Of a DNA stretch of 64,000 nucleotides, positions 41,198 through 49,598 are shown piece after piece; within the stretch, counting starts at the first letter, position 1; every line of letters starts with the position of its first letter. A program made the position numbers and the translations under genes. The DNA is from Alloacidobacterium sp. (GTDB lineage Bacteria; Acidobacteriota; Terriglobia; Terriglobales; Acidobacteriaceae). The stretch lies in contig DATHQH010000061.1 in the NCBI GenBank assembly GCA_035482895.1, positions 96 to 64,095 on the forward strand. Reading direction: 5' to 3'. The notes under the pieces were generated by a model. The model was not told where the DNA came from. It ran no database searches and saw only the letters and a program-made list of their open reading frames with translations.

Positions 41198-42307
41198 TCA
41201 CCTGGTAACCACGGTGCTGTTGACCGCCTGCCGTACGCCCTGGGTGATCTGTGTAATCTGCTCTTGAGTGAGGTAGGGGTGCATGGGTAGGCTCAGCACA
41301 CGCTTTCCTGCGCGCTCCGAGTGCGGAAAGCTGCCTTCGCCGAGGTGCATGCCGGCAAAGACGGGTTGCAGGTGCAACGGCACCGGATAATGGACGGCGG
41401 TAGGAATTCCTGCCAGTTGCAGAGCCTGCTGGACAGTGTCGCGGTCATCGACTTCGATCGTGTATTGCGCGTAGGGGCTGGTGTATCCATCGCGTACGAC
41501 CGGTGTCTGCACTACATCCTTGAGAAGTTCGTTGTAGGTTGCTGCGGCCTTCCGACGCGCCGCCAGTTCCTCCTCGAAGACTTCCAGCTTGGCGAGCAGA
41601 ACTGCGGCCTGGATCGTATCGAGGCGGCCGTTGATGCCGATGCTGGTGTGGTGGTAGCGGCGGTCCTGTCCGTGATTGTGCAGCTCGCGGATGCGGCGGG
41701 CGAGATCGTCGTCATTGGTGAAGCAGGCTCCGCCATCGCCGTAGCAGCCCAACGGCTTCGACGGGAAGAAGCTGGTGCAGCCGATGGTGCTCAGGTTGCC
41801 CGATTGGCGCCCCTTGTACGTGCCGCCGAAACTCTGTGCTGCATCTTCAATCACAGCAAGACCATGTCTGGCGGCGATTTCGTTGATCGGGTCGAAGTCG
41901 GCGCACTGTCCATAGAGGCTGACGGGCATGATGGCCTTCGTGCGCGGCGTGATGGCTGCTTCGATCTTCGCCGGATCGATGTTATAGGTCTCCGGATCGA
42001 TATCAACGAAGACAGGCAATGCTCCGAGGAGAGCGATCATCTCCCCTGTGGCGAAAAACGTGAAGGGCGCAGTGATGACTTCGTCGTCGGGGCCGATGCC
42101 GAGCGCCATCATCGCCAGCAAAAGGGCGTCGGTGCCGCTGGTGCAGCCGATGCAGTGCTTCGATCCCGTGCGTGCGGCGAGGCGAGACTCCAGCTCGGTG
42201 ACCTCGGGGCCGAGGATATATTGGCCATGCTCGAGAACTGTCCGAATGCGGAAATCGATGTCCGCTTTCAGACTGCGATATTGCGTTTTCAGGTCGATGA
42301 ACTGCAT
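41198..42307 (-). CDS. DegT/DnrJ/EryC1/StrS-family PLP-dependent sugar aminotransferase
   Basis: MQFIDLKTQYRSLKADID...ILGPEV.ELE...CTSGTDALLLAMMALGIGPDDEVITAPFTFFAT...SFFPSKPLGCYGDGGA (the Lys in the SKP motif). The start is taken at ATG 42307, which gives the typical MQFIDLK N-terminus; the track ORF extends to 42460. Confidence 0.85.
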   Translation of the reverse strand: MQFIDLKTQYRSLKADIDFRIRTVLEHGQYILGPEVTELESRLAARTGSKHCIGCTSGTDALLLAMMALGIGPDDEVITAPFTFFATGEMIALLGALPVFVDIDPETYNIDPAKIEAAITPRTKAIMPVSLYGQCADFDPINEIAARHGLAVIEDAAQSFGGTYKGRQSGNLSTIGCTSFFPSKPLGCYGDGGACFTNDDDLARRIRELHNHGQDRRYHHTSIGINGRLDTIQAAVLLAKLEVFEEELAARRKAAATYNELLKDVVQTPVVRDGYTSPYAQYTIEVDDRDTVQQALQLAGIPTAVHYPVPLHLQPVFAGMHLGEGSFPHSERAGKRVLSLPMHPYLTQEQITQITQGVRQAVNSTVVTR

Positions 42308-42674
42308 TCCTTTATTCTCGCGCATTGCGGGCCCATTGCGCTGGAATTGCAGAAAGCCTCCTCGGCCGGTTGTATCGAGATCATTTATTTTCAGTGCCTT
42401 ACAGTCACGACCCGAGACGCAGACCTTTTTATTTTCAATTACGCACACGGAAAATTGCATGCTCTACGAAATAGTTCGTATTAGTGGCTTGCGGATTGCA
42501 TAGACCTTTTTAACTGGTGATTTGAAACTCTGTCGTTCCATGACTTCTTAACAGCGCTCTATGGGCCAAAAGAGCGCTGCTAAAAAACGAGTTTAAACAT
42601 TGGTCTTTGCTATTTATGGGGTGGTCGCAATGTTCTTCCAGCTCGGGCGAAAAGCCGAGCGAAATGGAGGTTGT

Positions 42675-43628
42675 ATGCGGCGATTTCCAGCTTTTTTCAT
42701 GACTTTCCTGCTGCTCCTAGCAAGCCGGACCAGCTCAGCCTTATCCGTAGACCAAAAACTTCTTGCCCTTGTCCCGTCTGGCGCCCAGATTGTGGCGGGA
42801 GTAGATTCGTCACCGCCGAAAGGCCAATCGGGAAGTTTTGTCTTCATCACTTACAACAACATTATCGATTTACAGGACTACTTTGCACTGACCGGAGCCG
42901 ACAGCTCGCTCATGGTCCGCCATACTATTTTTGTCGCAACGGATGACGGGACAAAACAGTTGGGAAAACACAGTCTTATCATGCGCGGACATTTTGACCG
43001 GACGCGCGTCTACAAATCCGCGGCTGATGGCGGGGCCAAAATCATCGAATATCACGGCCTCTCTGTTCTTGAAGTCCAACCTTTTGCCCGCGAGCAGGGA
43101 GAGTTTCATGAAGTCCGCTGGCTCGCGATTCTCGACTCGGATGTTCTGCTGTTCGGAACCGTTGCCAGCGTGCAACAGGAAATGGATCGCTATTTATCCG
43201 GCAGCGCGGCCGATCCATTGCTGGCGCGTCGTCTGGCCAGCATGCGCCCGGATGACCAGACCTGGTGTGTGCTCTCTGTATCTCCTGCCCGGAATCCAGA
43301 GATATGGGGTGCGTTACGGGCTTTCGACGCAAAGATGGCAGAACTCGCCGAGCATGCCGATGCATTTCAGTTTGGCATTCGTTACGGCAGACAGGTGGAA
43401 CTCGAGTATCAGGCCACTACAGCAGCCATTCGTACGATCTCGAACTCTCTCTTTCCGTCTGTGACTGGGTCAAAGCCAGGGACCTCGTTGTTGCCCAGCG
43501 CTGACATAGGCGAAGATCCCCATACAGAGCGGGGGGTCATTAAATTCTCGATGGGCCGATATAACGCATGGTTGACTGAAGTTTCCACCCATAATAATGG
43601 TCCGAGTATGACTTCTCCATGGAGATGA
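42675..43628 (+). CDS. Hypothetical secreted protein
   Basis: GGAGG sits 5 nt upstream of ATG 42675. The signal peptide is MRRFPAFFMTFLLLLASRTSSA. I recognised no family. Confidence 0.5.
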   Translation: MRRFPAFFMTFLLLLASRTSSALSVDQKLLALVPSGAQIVAGVDSSPPKGQSGSFVFITYNNIIDLQDYFALTGADSSLMVRHTIFVATDDGTKQLGKHSLIMRGHFDRTRVYKSAADGGAKIIEYHGLSVLEVQPFAREQGEFHEVRWLAILDSDVLLFGTVASVQQEMDRYLSGSAADPLLARRLASMRPDDQTWCVLSVSPARNPEIWGALRAFDAKMAELAEHADAFQFGIRYGRQVELEYQATTAAIRTISNSLFPSVTGSKPGTSLLPSADIGEDPHTERGVIKFSMGRYNAWLTEVSTHNNGPSMTSPWR

Positions 43629-43756
43629 AGCGCTGTCCATTTCAAGGCAAATATGGAACTTAATCCGTCAAATCTGATATTTTCTTGACGCTTCCCTGTG
43701 GTAATCCCACATAAAGTGTGCGATTGTTTATGTGGTTGCACCACAGGAGAGAACCG

Positions 43757-44110
43757 ATGGGTGATTCGAAGCTCGATCTTCTACAGGGAACCCTGGATTT
43801 GATGGTTCTGCAGACGCTAGCGGCGATGGGATCGCTGCATGGATACGGGATTGCGCGGCGTATTGAGCAGATCAGCGGCGACGAGGTGCTGCTGAACCAG
43901 GGAACGATCTACGCATCCCTGGTGCGGTTGCAACAGCGCGGGTGGATAGACGCCGCATGGGGCACATCGGACAACAACCGCAAGGCCAAATTTTATTCGA
44001 TCACTGAGACGGGCCGGAAACAGCTTGCTCAGGATGCCGCTTACTGGGAGCGGCTGGCTGGTGTCATGGGCCGGGTGCTGGCCATGCAGAACGAAGGCGG
44101 GGGTCAATGA
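43757..44110 (+). CDS. PadR-family transcriptional regulator
   Basis: LLQGTLDLMVLQTLAAMGSLHGYGIARRIEQISGDEVLLNQGTIYASLVRLQQRGWIDAAWGTSDNNRKAKFYSITETGRKQL. GGAGA lies 6 nt upstream. The stop overlaps the next start (ATGA at 44107). Confidence 0.9.
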   Translation: MGDSKLDLLQGTLDLMVLQTLAAMGSLHGYGIARRIEQISGDEVLLNQGTIYASLVRLQQRGWIDAAWGTSDNNRKAKFYSITETGRKQLAQDAAYWERLAGVMGRVLAMQNEGGGQ

Positions 44111-46800
44111 CAGGTACAACCAAATCATCTTCCAAGACCGTATCTAAGACCTCGCTGGCCGCCTCACTCCGACGGGCGTTCGGCCGCCTTCGTTCTTTTT
44201 TCCGCAGGAAGCCGCTTGATCAAGAGCTGAATGACGAGATGGCTTCACACATTGACCTGGCAATCGAGGAAAACATGCGACGTGGAATGCCCGAGGAAGA
44301 AGCGCGCCGGCAGGCTCTGGTTCGGTTTGGTGGAGTGCAGCAGGCGCGCGAACAGCATCGGGAGACTCGCGGCCTTCCGTGGATGGACATTCTGATGCAG
44401 GACGTGCGCTTTACCTTCCGAACGCTGCGCAAGGATCGTGGTTTCACGATTGTCGCGATTCTGATTCTCGGGCTTGGGGTTGGCGCGAATGTCGCCGTCT
44501 TCAGCGTGGTGAATACGATTCTTTTGCGACCACTTCCCTTCCATGATGCCCAGCAACTGGTGTGGATCACAGGAAACAAGGGCGAAGGCGGGCAGTCGTC
44601 CATGACCTATTCGGTAGACGCATATGAAGATTACAAGGCGGCAAATCAGACGCTTCAGGGCGTCACCGCGTATTTTGCTTTCTACGGGCAAGGCGATTAC
44701 AAGTTGACCGGATACGGCGACCCGCAACCCGTGAATGGCGTGCCCGTAGCGGGAAATTTCTTCCAGGTTCTGGGCGTGCAGCCGAAGCTGGGAAGATTGT
44801 TTACTCCGGAAGAGTTGGTGAAAGGCGGCAGACCCGCGGTTCTGCTGGGCGAGCCTTACTGGCGGCGGCAGTTCCACGCTGATCCAAACATCGTGGGACA
44901 GACAATTCAGTTGAACAAGACTCCCACAGTCGTTGCCGGAGTAATTCCTGCGACATTCGACTTTGGATCGGTCTTCGCGCCGGGGACAAGGATGGACATT
45001 TTCGTTCCCGCCGTCATGAACGATATGCGCGAGTGGGGGAATGTTTTTTTCTTCGTTGGCCGGATGAAGCCTGGCGTCGGCATCGGGCAGGTGCAGGCAG
45101 AGGCTGACATGCTCTTTCCGCGCTTCTACCACAGTAAGAAACAACCTGAGTCCAAGGGCGATTACACGGGAACTGTGTGGGGCTTGAAGGAGTATGTAAG
45201 CGGCAAGTTGCACCGCTCACTGGTTGTTCTGTGGGGAGCAGTGGGTCTGATTATGCTGATCGTCTGCGTTAACTTGTCGAACCTGTTACTGGCGCGCTCT
45301 GCAGCACGTGGCAAGGAGTTCGCGATGCGCAGCGTGCTGGGTGCAGGACGCGGACGGCTGATTCGTCAACTGTTGACGGAGAGTCTTGTATTGTCGGCTG
45401 CCGGTGCTGTGCTGGGACTCGGAATTGCCTATGCAGTGGTGACGTGGCTAGCACATCAGGGGTCGATTGCGCTGCCGCTGCTTTCAAGCATTCGTGTAGA
45501 CGCGAGCGCGCTCGGGTGGACGTTGGTGATCGCAGTAGCAGCTGCCGTGTTCTTCGGGCTGGCTCCGGGATTGAAGATGTCGAGCGGAGATCTGCAGGAA
45601 TCGCTGAAAGACAGTGGCCATGGCGCGAGCGTAGGTAGAAAGCATGACCGCATGCGCTCGGTCCTGGTGGTGTCGGAAGTGGCTCTGGCGTGCATTTTGC
45701 TGGTGGGCGGTGGGCTGCTGCTGCGCAGCTTTCTGCGCGTGATCGATATAGACCTGGGCTTTCAGCCTCAGCGGGCTGCTGCAATGGCAGTCTCGTTTGA
45801 TGATGGAAACAAGCAGGAGAATGTTGGGCCGGTTCTCGAAAACATGCTCGATCATGTGAAGGCGATTCCGGGAATCGAAGCGGCCGGCATATCCGATATG
45901 CTGCCGCTGGACCGGAATCGAGGCTGGAACCTGTGGCGGAAGGATAGAAATCCCGACCAAGCGCCGGAGACAGGCACTTTTGTGCAGATCGTAACGCCGG
46001 AATATATCAAAGCCTTTGGCATGCGGCTGATCAAGGGACGTGATTTCAGCTGGAATGACTCGACACACGCCCAGCATGTGGTGATCATCAATGAGTATCT
46101 GGCACGCCGGGAGTGGCCGGGGCAGGATCCTATTGGGCGTCTTGCGGTGACGAATGACGAAATCTCTCAAGTGATTGGCGTAGTTGCAGACGTGAAAGAA
46201 ACCGGCCTGGAGACGGACCCGGGAGCGGAGATGTATCTTCCGATCACGCAGTGGGGACCCGCAGGCGCTGAGCTGGTGGTGCGAACCAACCTGCCGCCCG
46301 ATGCCTTGGCTGCGAGCGTGATGAAGGTTCTGCGGCAGTTGAATCCGGGGCAGCCGGCGACAGAGTTCCGGCCCATTCAGCATCTCGTGGATCATTCGGT
46401 TTCGCCACGAAAATTCTTCGTGCTGCTGGTGTCGCTCTTTGCGGGGCTGGGGCTGTTCCTGGCCTCGCTGGGGATTTACGGGGTCATCTCGTATTCCGTC
46501 ACGCGGCAGACGCAGGAGATTGGGATTCGCATGGCGCTGGGCGCGACGCGGTCCAAAGTGCAGCTTAGCGTAATTGGCAAAACGCTGCGACTGGCAGCCA
46601 TCGGCATCGCGGTGGGCGCAGTGCTTTCGTTCGTCCTGGCGAGAGGCATTGCTTCCCTCCTCTATGGGACAGAGCCTACCGATCCAGTTACGTTTGCCGG
46701 GATGGTTGTATTGCTGGGGCTGGTGGCATTGGTTGCCGGGTATCTTCCGGCGCGGCGGGCTTCCCGGATTGATCCGATGATTGCGCTGCGGACGAATTGA
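44107..46800 (+). CDS. Duplicated MacB/FtsX-type ABC permease (ADOP family), paralog 1
   Basis: 897 aa with the conserved N-terminus LDQELNDEMASHIDLAIEENMRRGMPEEEARRQALVRFGGVQQAREQHRE. It has two MacB_PCD-like periplasmic domains and two FtsX 4-TM bundles (LRMALGA..., IDPMIALRTN). Confidence 0.9.
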   Translation: MTGTTKSSSKTVSKTSLAASLRRAFGRLRSFFRRKPLDQELNDEMASHIDLAIEENMRRGMPEEEARRQALVRFGGVQQAREQHRETRGLPWMDILMQDVRFTFRTLRKDRGFTIVAILILGLGVGANVAVFSVVNTILLRPLPFHDAQQLVWITGNKGEGGQSSMTYSVDAYEDYKAANQTLQGVTAYFAFYGQGDYKLTGYGDPQPVNGVPVAGNFFQVLGVQPKLGRLFTPEELVKGGRPAVLLGEPYWRRQFHADPNIVGQTIQLNKTPTVVAGVIPATFDFGSVFAPGTRMDIFVPAVMNDMREWGNVFFFVGRMKPGVGIGQVQAEADMLFPRFYHSKKQPESKGDYTGTVWGLKEYVSGKLHRSLVVLWGAVGLIMLIVCVNLSNLLLARSAARGKEFAMRSVLGAGRGRLIRQLLTESLVLSAAGAVLGLGIAYAVVTWLAHQGSIALPLLSSIRVDASALGWTLVIAVAAAVFFGLAPGLKMSSGDLQESLKDSGHGASVGRKHDRMRSVLVVSEVALACILLVGGGLLLRSFLRVIDIDLGFQPQRAAAMAVSFDDGNKQENVGPVLENMLDHVKAIPGIEAAGISDMLPLDRNRGWNLWRKDRNPDQAPETGTFVQIVTPEYIKAFGMRLIKGRDFSWNDSTHAQHVVIINEYLARREWPGQDPIGRLAVTNDEISQVIGVVADVKETGLETDPGAEMYLPITQWGPAGAELVVRTNLPPDALAASVMKVLRQLNPGQPATEFRPIQHLVDHSVSPRKFFVLLVSLFAGLGLFLASLGIYGVISYSVTRQTQEIGIRMALGATRSKVQLSVIGKTLRLAAIGIAVGAVLSFVLARGIASLLYGTEPTDPVTFAGMVVLLGLVALVAGYLPARRASRIDPMIALRTN

Positions 46801-46812
46801 GTTTCGTGCTCT

Positions 46813-46865
46813 CCCATCCTTTCGGCGAAAAAGCGCCGAAAGGATGGGGCACCCGGCATCCGGGT
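46813..46865. repeat. Paired hairpin (REP-like) element downstream of ADOP paralog 1
   Basis: CCCATCCTTTCGGCG-aaaaag-CGCCGAAAGGATGGG forms a 15-bp perfect stem. It is followed by ACCCGG-cat-CCGGGT. A related element lies at 52261..52286. Confidence 0.7.
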
Positions 46866-46899
46866 TCGTACTTCAGCGGACTTTGAAAGGCGGGATTCG

Positions 46900-49548
46900 A
46901 TGGCTTATCTTCTTCGGTACATGCTGGCTCGTTTAAGGTCGTTCTTTCGCAAAGCGCCTCTGGATCGGGAACTTGATGCGGAGATGACATCGCATCTTGA
47001 GATGGCGGTCGAAGAGAATATTGGTCGCGGCATGCACCCAGAGGAAGCGCGGCGGCAGGCTCTGGTCCGCTTTGGCGGCGTGCAGCAGGCGCGTGAGCAA
47101 CAGCGCGAAACGCGCGGCCTGCCCTGGCTCGACGTTCTGTTGCAGGACCTGCGCTTTACGCTTCGGACACTGCGGCGGGATCGTAGCTTCACCATCGTTG
47201 CCGTGCTGATTCTTGCGCTTGGCATTGGCGCAAACATCGCCGTCTTCAGCGTGGTGAATACCCTCCTGCTCCGGCCGCTTCCCTTTCACGATTCGCAGCA
47301 GCTGGCGTGGTTCGCGGGGAACAATGGGATTGGCGGCCTTTCGGATGTGACGTACCGGGTCGATGCGTATGAGGATTACGCGCGCGCGAATCATTCGTTT
47401 CAGGAGATGACCGCGTTTTCGCCTTACTACTCACTCTCGGAAACCAAGCTCGTTGGCAAGGGCGAACCGAAGCCGCTGCAAAGCGTGTGGGTGGCTGGAA
47501 ATTTCTTTCAGATGCTCGGCGTGCGACCTGTCCTGGGACGGCTGTTCCTTCCGGAAGAAAGCATGAAGGGCGGCAGTCCCGCTGCGCTGTTGAGCTATGC
47601 GCTGTGGCAGCGACAGTTCCATGCTGATCCGAAGATCGTCGGCCAGGCGGTCACGCTCGGTCAGGATCGTGTGACTATCGTCGGTGTGCTTCCCGAGACA
47701 TTTGATTTCGGCGCTGTCTTTGTGCCGGGCATGAAGATCGACCTCTTTGTTCCGCTGAAGATGGACACCATTCGCGGGTGGGGGCACATGCTGTCAGTGA
47801 TTGGGCGTTTGAAGCCGGGCGTGACGATTGCGCAGGCACAAGCTGAGGCGAACACTCTTTATCCACAGTTAAGACTTCAGGCTCACGGTGATGATTCGTG
47901 GAGCACCGATATTGTGACCTCGATGATGGGGCTGAAGGAATATATAAGCGGCAAGCTGCGGCAGTCTCTGATTGTGCTGTGGTGCGCGGTCGGGCTGATT
48001 CTGCTGATCGTCTGCGTGAACCTTTCGAACCTGCTGCTGGCGCGCGCGTCTTCGCGCAGCAAAGAGTTTGCCATGCGCAGCGCGCTGGGCGCGGGACGCG
48101 GGCGGCTGGTTCGCCAGTTGCTGACGGAGAGCCTCGTGCTCTCTGGCGCGGGCGCCGTGCTGGGCCTGGCGTTTGCATATGCAGTGGTTGTTTATCTCGC
48201 GCATCAGGGATCGATTGCCCTGCCGCTACTGAGCAGCCTGCGCGTGGATGCAAGCGTGCTCGGCTGGACGCTGCTGGTTGCTTTGGCCGCAGGGCTGCTC
48301 TTCGGGATGGCTCCGGCGTTGAGGACATCGGGCGGCAATCTGCAGGATGCGCTTAAGGACGGCGGCCACAACGCGAGCGATGGCAGAAAGCATGAGCGGA
48401 TGCGGGCGCTCCTGGTCGTTTCTGAGATTGGGCTGGCCTGCGTGCTGTTGGTGGGCGCGGGGTTGCTGCTGCGCAGCTTTTTGAATGTGCTGCGCGTCGA
48501 TCTGGGATTCGAGCCGAGCCGTGCGGCGGCGATCAAGGTGGACTATGACGATGGCCGAAACCCAGAGCGACGTGGCGCAATTCTTCAGGAGATGCTTCAA
48601 CGCGTGGATGCAATTCCCGGGATCGAAGCGGCGGGTATTTCAGACATGCTGCCGCTCGACCGCAATCGCAGCTGGGAGTTGTACGCCAAAGGCACCTACG
48701 ACAAGACGAAGAATTACGATGCGTTCGTCTACGTAGTCACGCCGGGATACATCAAGGCCATGGGCATGCGGCTGCGCTCGGGTCGCGATTTCTACTGGAA
48801 TGACGCAGGCAAAAGCGAGCACGTGATCATCATCAATGAAGCTGCGGCTCGCCGTGAGTGGCCGGGGCAGGACCCGGTCGGGCGGCTGGCGGATGGGATC
48901 GGCGATGGCGATACACGTGTGGTCGGCGTGATCTCGGATGTGCGCGAGAGTGGCGTCGAAGAAGCGTCCAGCCCTCAAGTGCTGGTGCCGGTCATGCAGG
49001 CAAATCCGAATGGCGCAGAGCTGGTGGTGCGCACGAAGCTGCCGCCCGAGGTGCTGGCGTCGAGCGTAATGGGCATAATGCGGCAGATGAATCCGGGACA
49101 GCCGGCAACGGAGTTCAGGCCGGTCCAGCAGATCGTCGATCATGCGACGTCGCCTCGGCGATTCTTCGTGCTGCTGGTTGCGACCTTCGCAGCGCTCGGG
49201 CTGCTTCTGGCTTCGCTGGGGATTTATGGCGTGATCTCGTATGCGGTAACGAGGCAGACGCAGGAAATTGGGATTCGCATGGCGCTCGGCGCGACGGCGG
49301 GTCGGGTGCAGAAAGACGTGCTGGCGAGGACATTACGGCTGGCATTGATAGGAATTGGGCTAGGCACCGTCGCATCTTTCATCACGGCAAGATGGATTGC
49401 ATCTCTACTCTTCGGCACTGAACCCACGGATTTACTCACATTCTCAGGGACGATTTTGCTTCTGGCAATGACGGCCCTGATTGCAGGGTATATCCCGGCG
49501 CGACGAGCTTCGCGCATCGATCCCATGATTGCGCTGCGGGCGAACTGA
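46900..49548 (+). CDS. Duplicated MacB/FtsX-type ABC permease (ADOP family), paralog 2
   Basis: 882 aa, collinear with paralogs 1 and 3. It shares long peptide blocks with them, such as ALVRFGGVQQAREQQRETRGLPW and LIVCVNLSNLLLAR. Confidence 0.9.
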   Translation: MAYLLRYMLARLRSFFRKAPLDRELDAEMTSHLEMAVEENIGRGMHPEEARRQALVRFGGVQQAREQQRETRGLPWLDVLLQDLRFTLRTLRRDRSFTIVAVLILALGIGANIAVFSVVNTLLLRPLPFHDSQQLAWFAGNNGIGGLSDVTYRVDAYEDYARANHSFQEMTAFSPYYSLSETKLVGKGEPKPLQSVWVAGNFFQMLGVRPVLGRLFLPEESMKGGSPAALLSYALWQRQFHADPKIVGQAVTLGQDRVTIVGVLPETFDFGAVFVPGMKIDLFVPLKMDTIRGWGHMLSVIGRLKPGVTIAQAQAEANTLYPQLRLQAHGDDSWSTDIVTSMMGLKEYISGKLRQSLIVLWCAVGLILLIVCVNLSNLLLARASSRSKEFAMRSALGAGRGRLVRQLLTESLVLSGAGAVLGLAFAYAVVVYLAHQGSIALPLLSSLRVDASVLGWTLLVALAAGLLFGMAPALRTSGGNLQDALKDGGHNASDGRKHERMRALLVVSEIGLACVLLVGAGLLLRSFLNVLRVDLGFEPSRAAAIKVDYDDGRNPERRGAILQEMLQRVDAIPGIEAAGISDMLPLDRNRSWELYAKGTYDKTKNYDAFVYVVTPGYIKAMGMRLRSGRDFYWNDAGKSEHVIIINEAAARREWPGQDPVGRLADGIGDGDTRVVGVISDVRESGVEEASSPQVLVPVMQANPNGAELVVRTKLPPEVLASSVMGIMRQMNPGQPATEFRPVQQIVDHATSPRRFFVLLVATFAALGLLLASLGIYGVISYAVTRQTQEIGIRMALGATAGRVQKDVLARTLRLALIGIGLGTVASFITARWIASLLFGTEPTDLLTFSGTILLLAMTALIAGYIPARRASRIDPMIALRAN

Positions 49549-49598
49549 AGCGATCACTGCACAAACAGACCTTACGTCACTTGAAGAGGTAAGAACGG

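Noticed and set aside
41321-42484. 387-aa plus-strand ORF
   Set aside because: It is antisense to the DegT-family aminotransferase gene and has no recognisable motifs.
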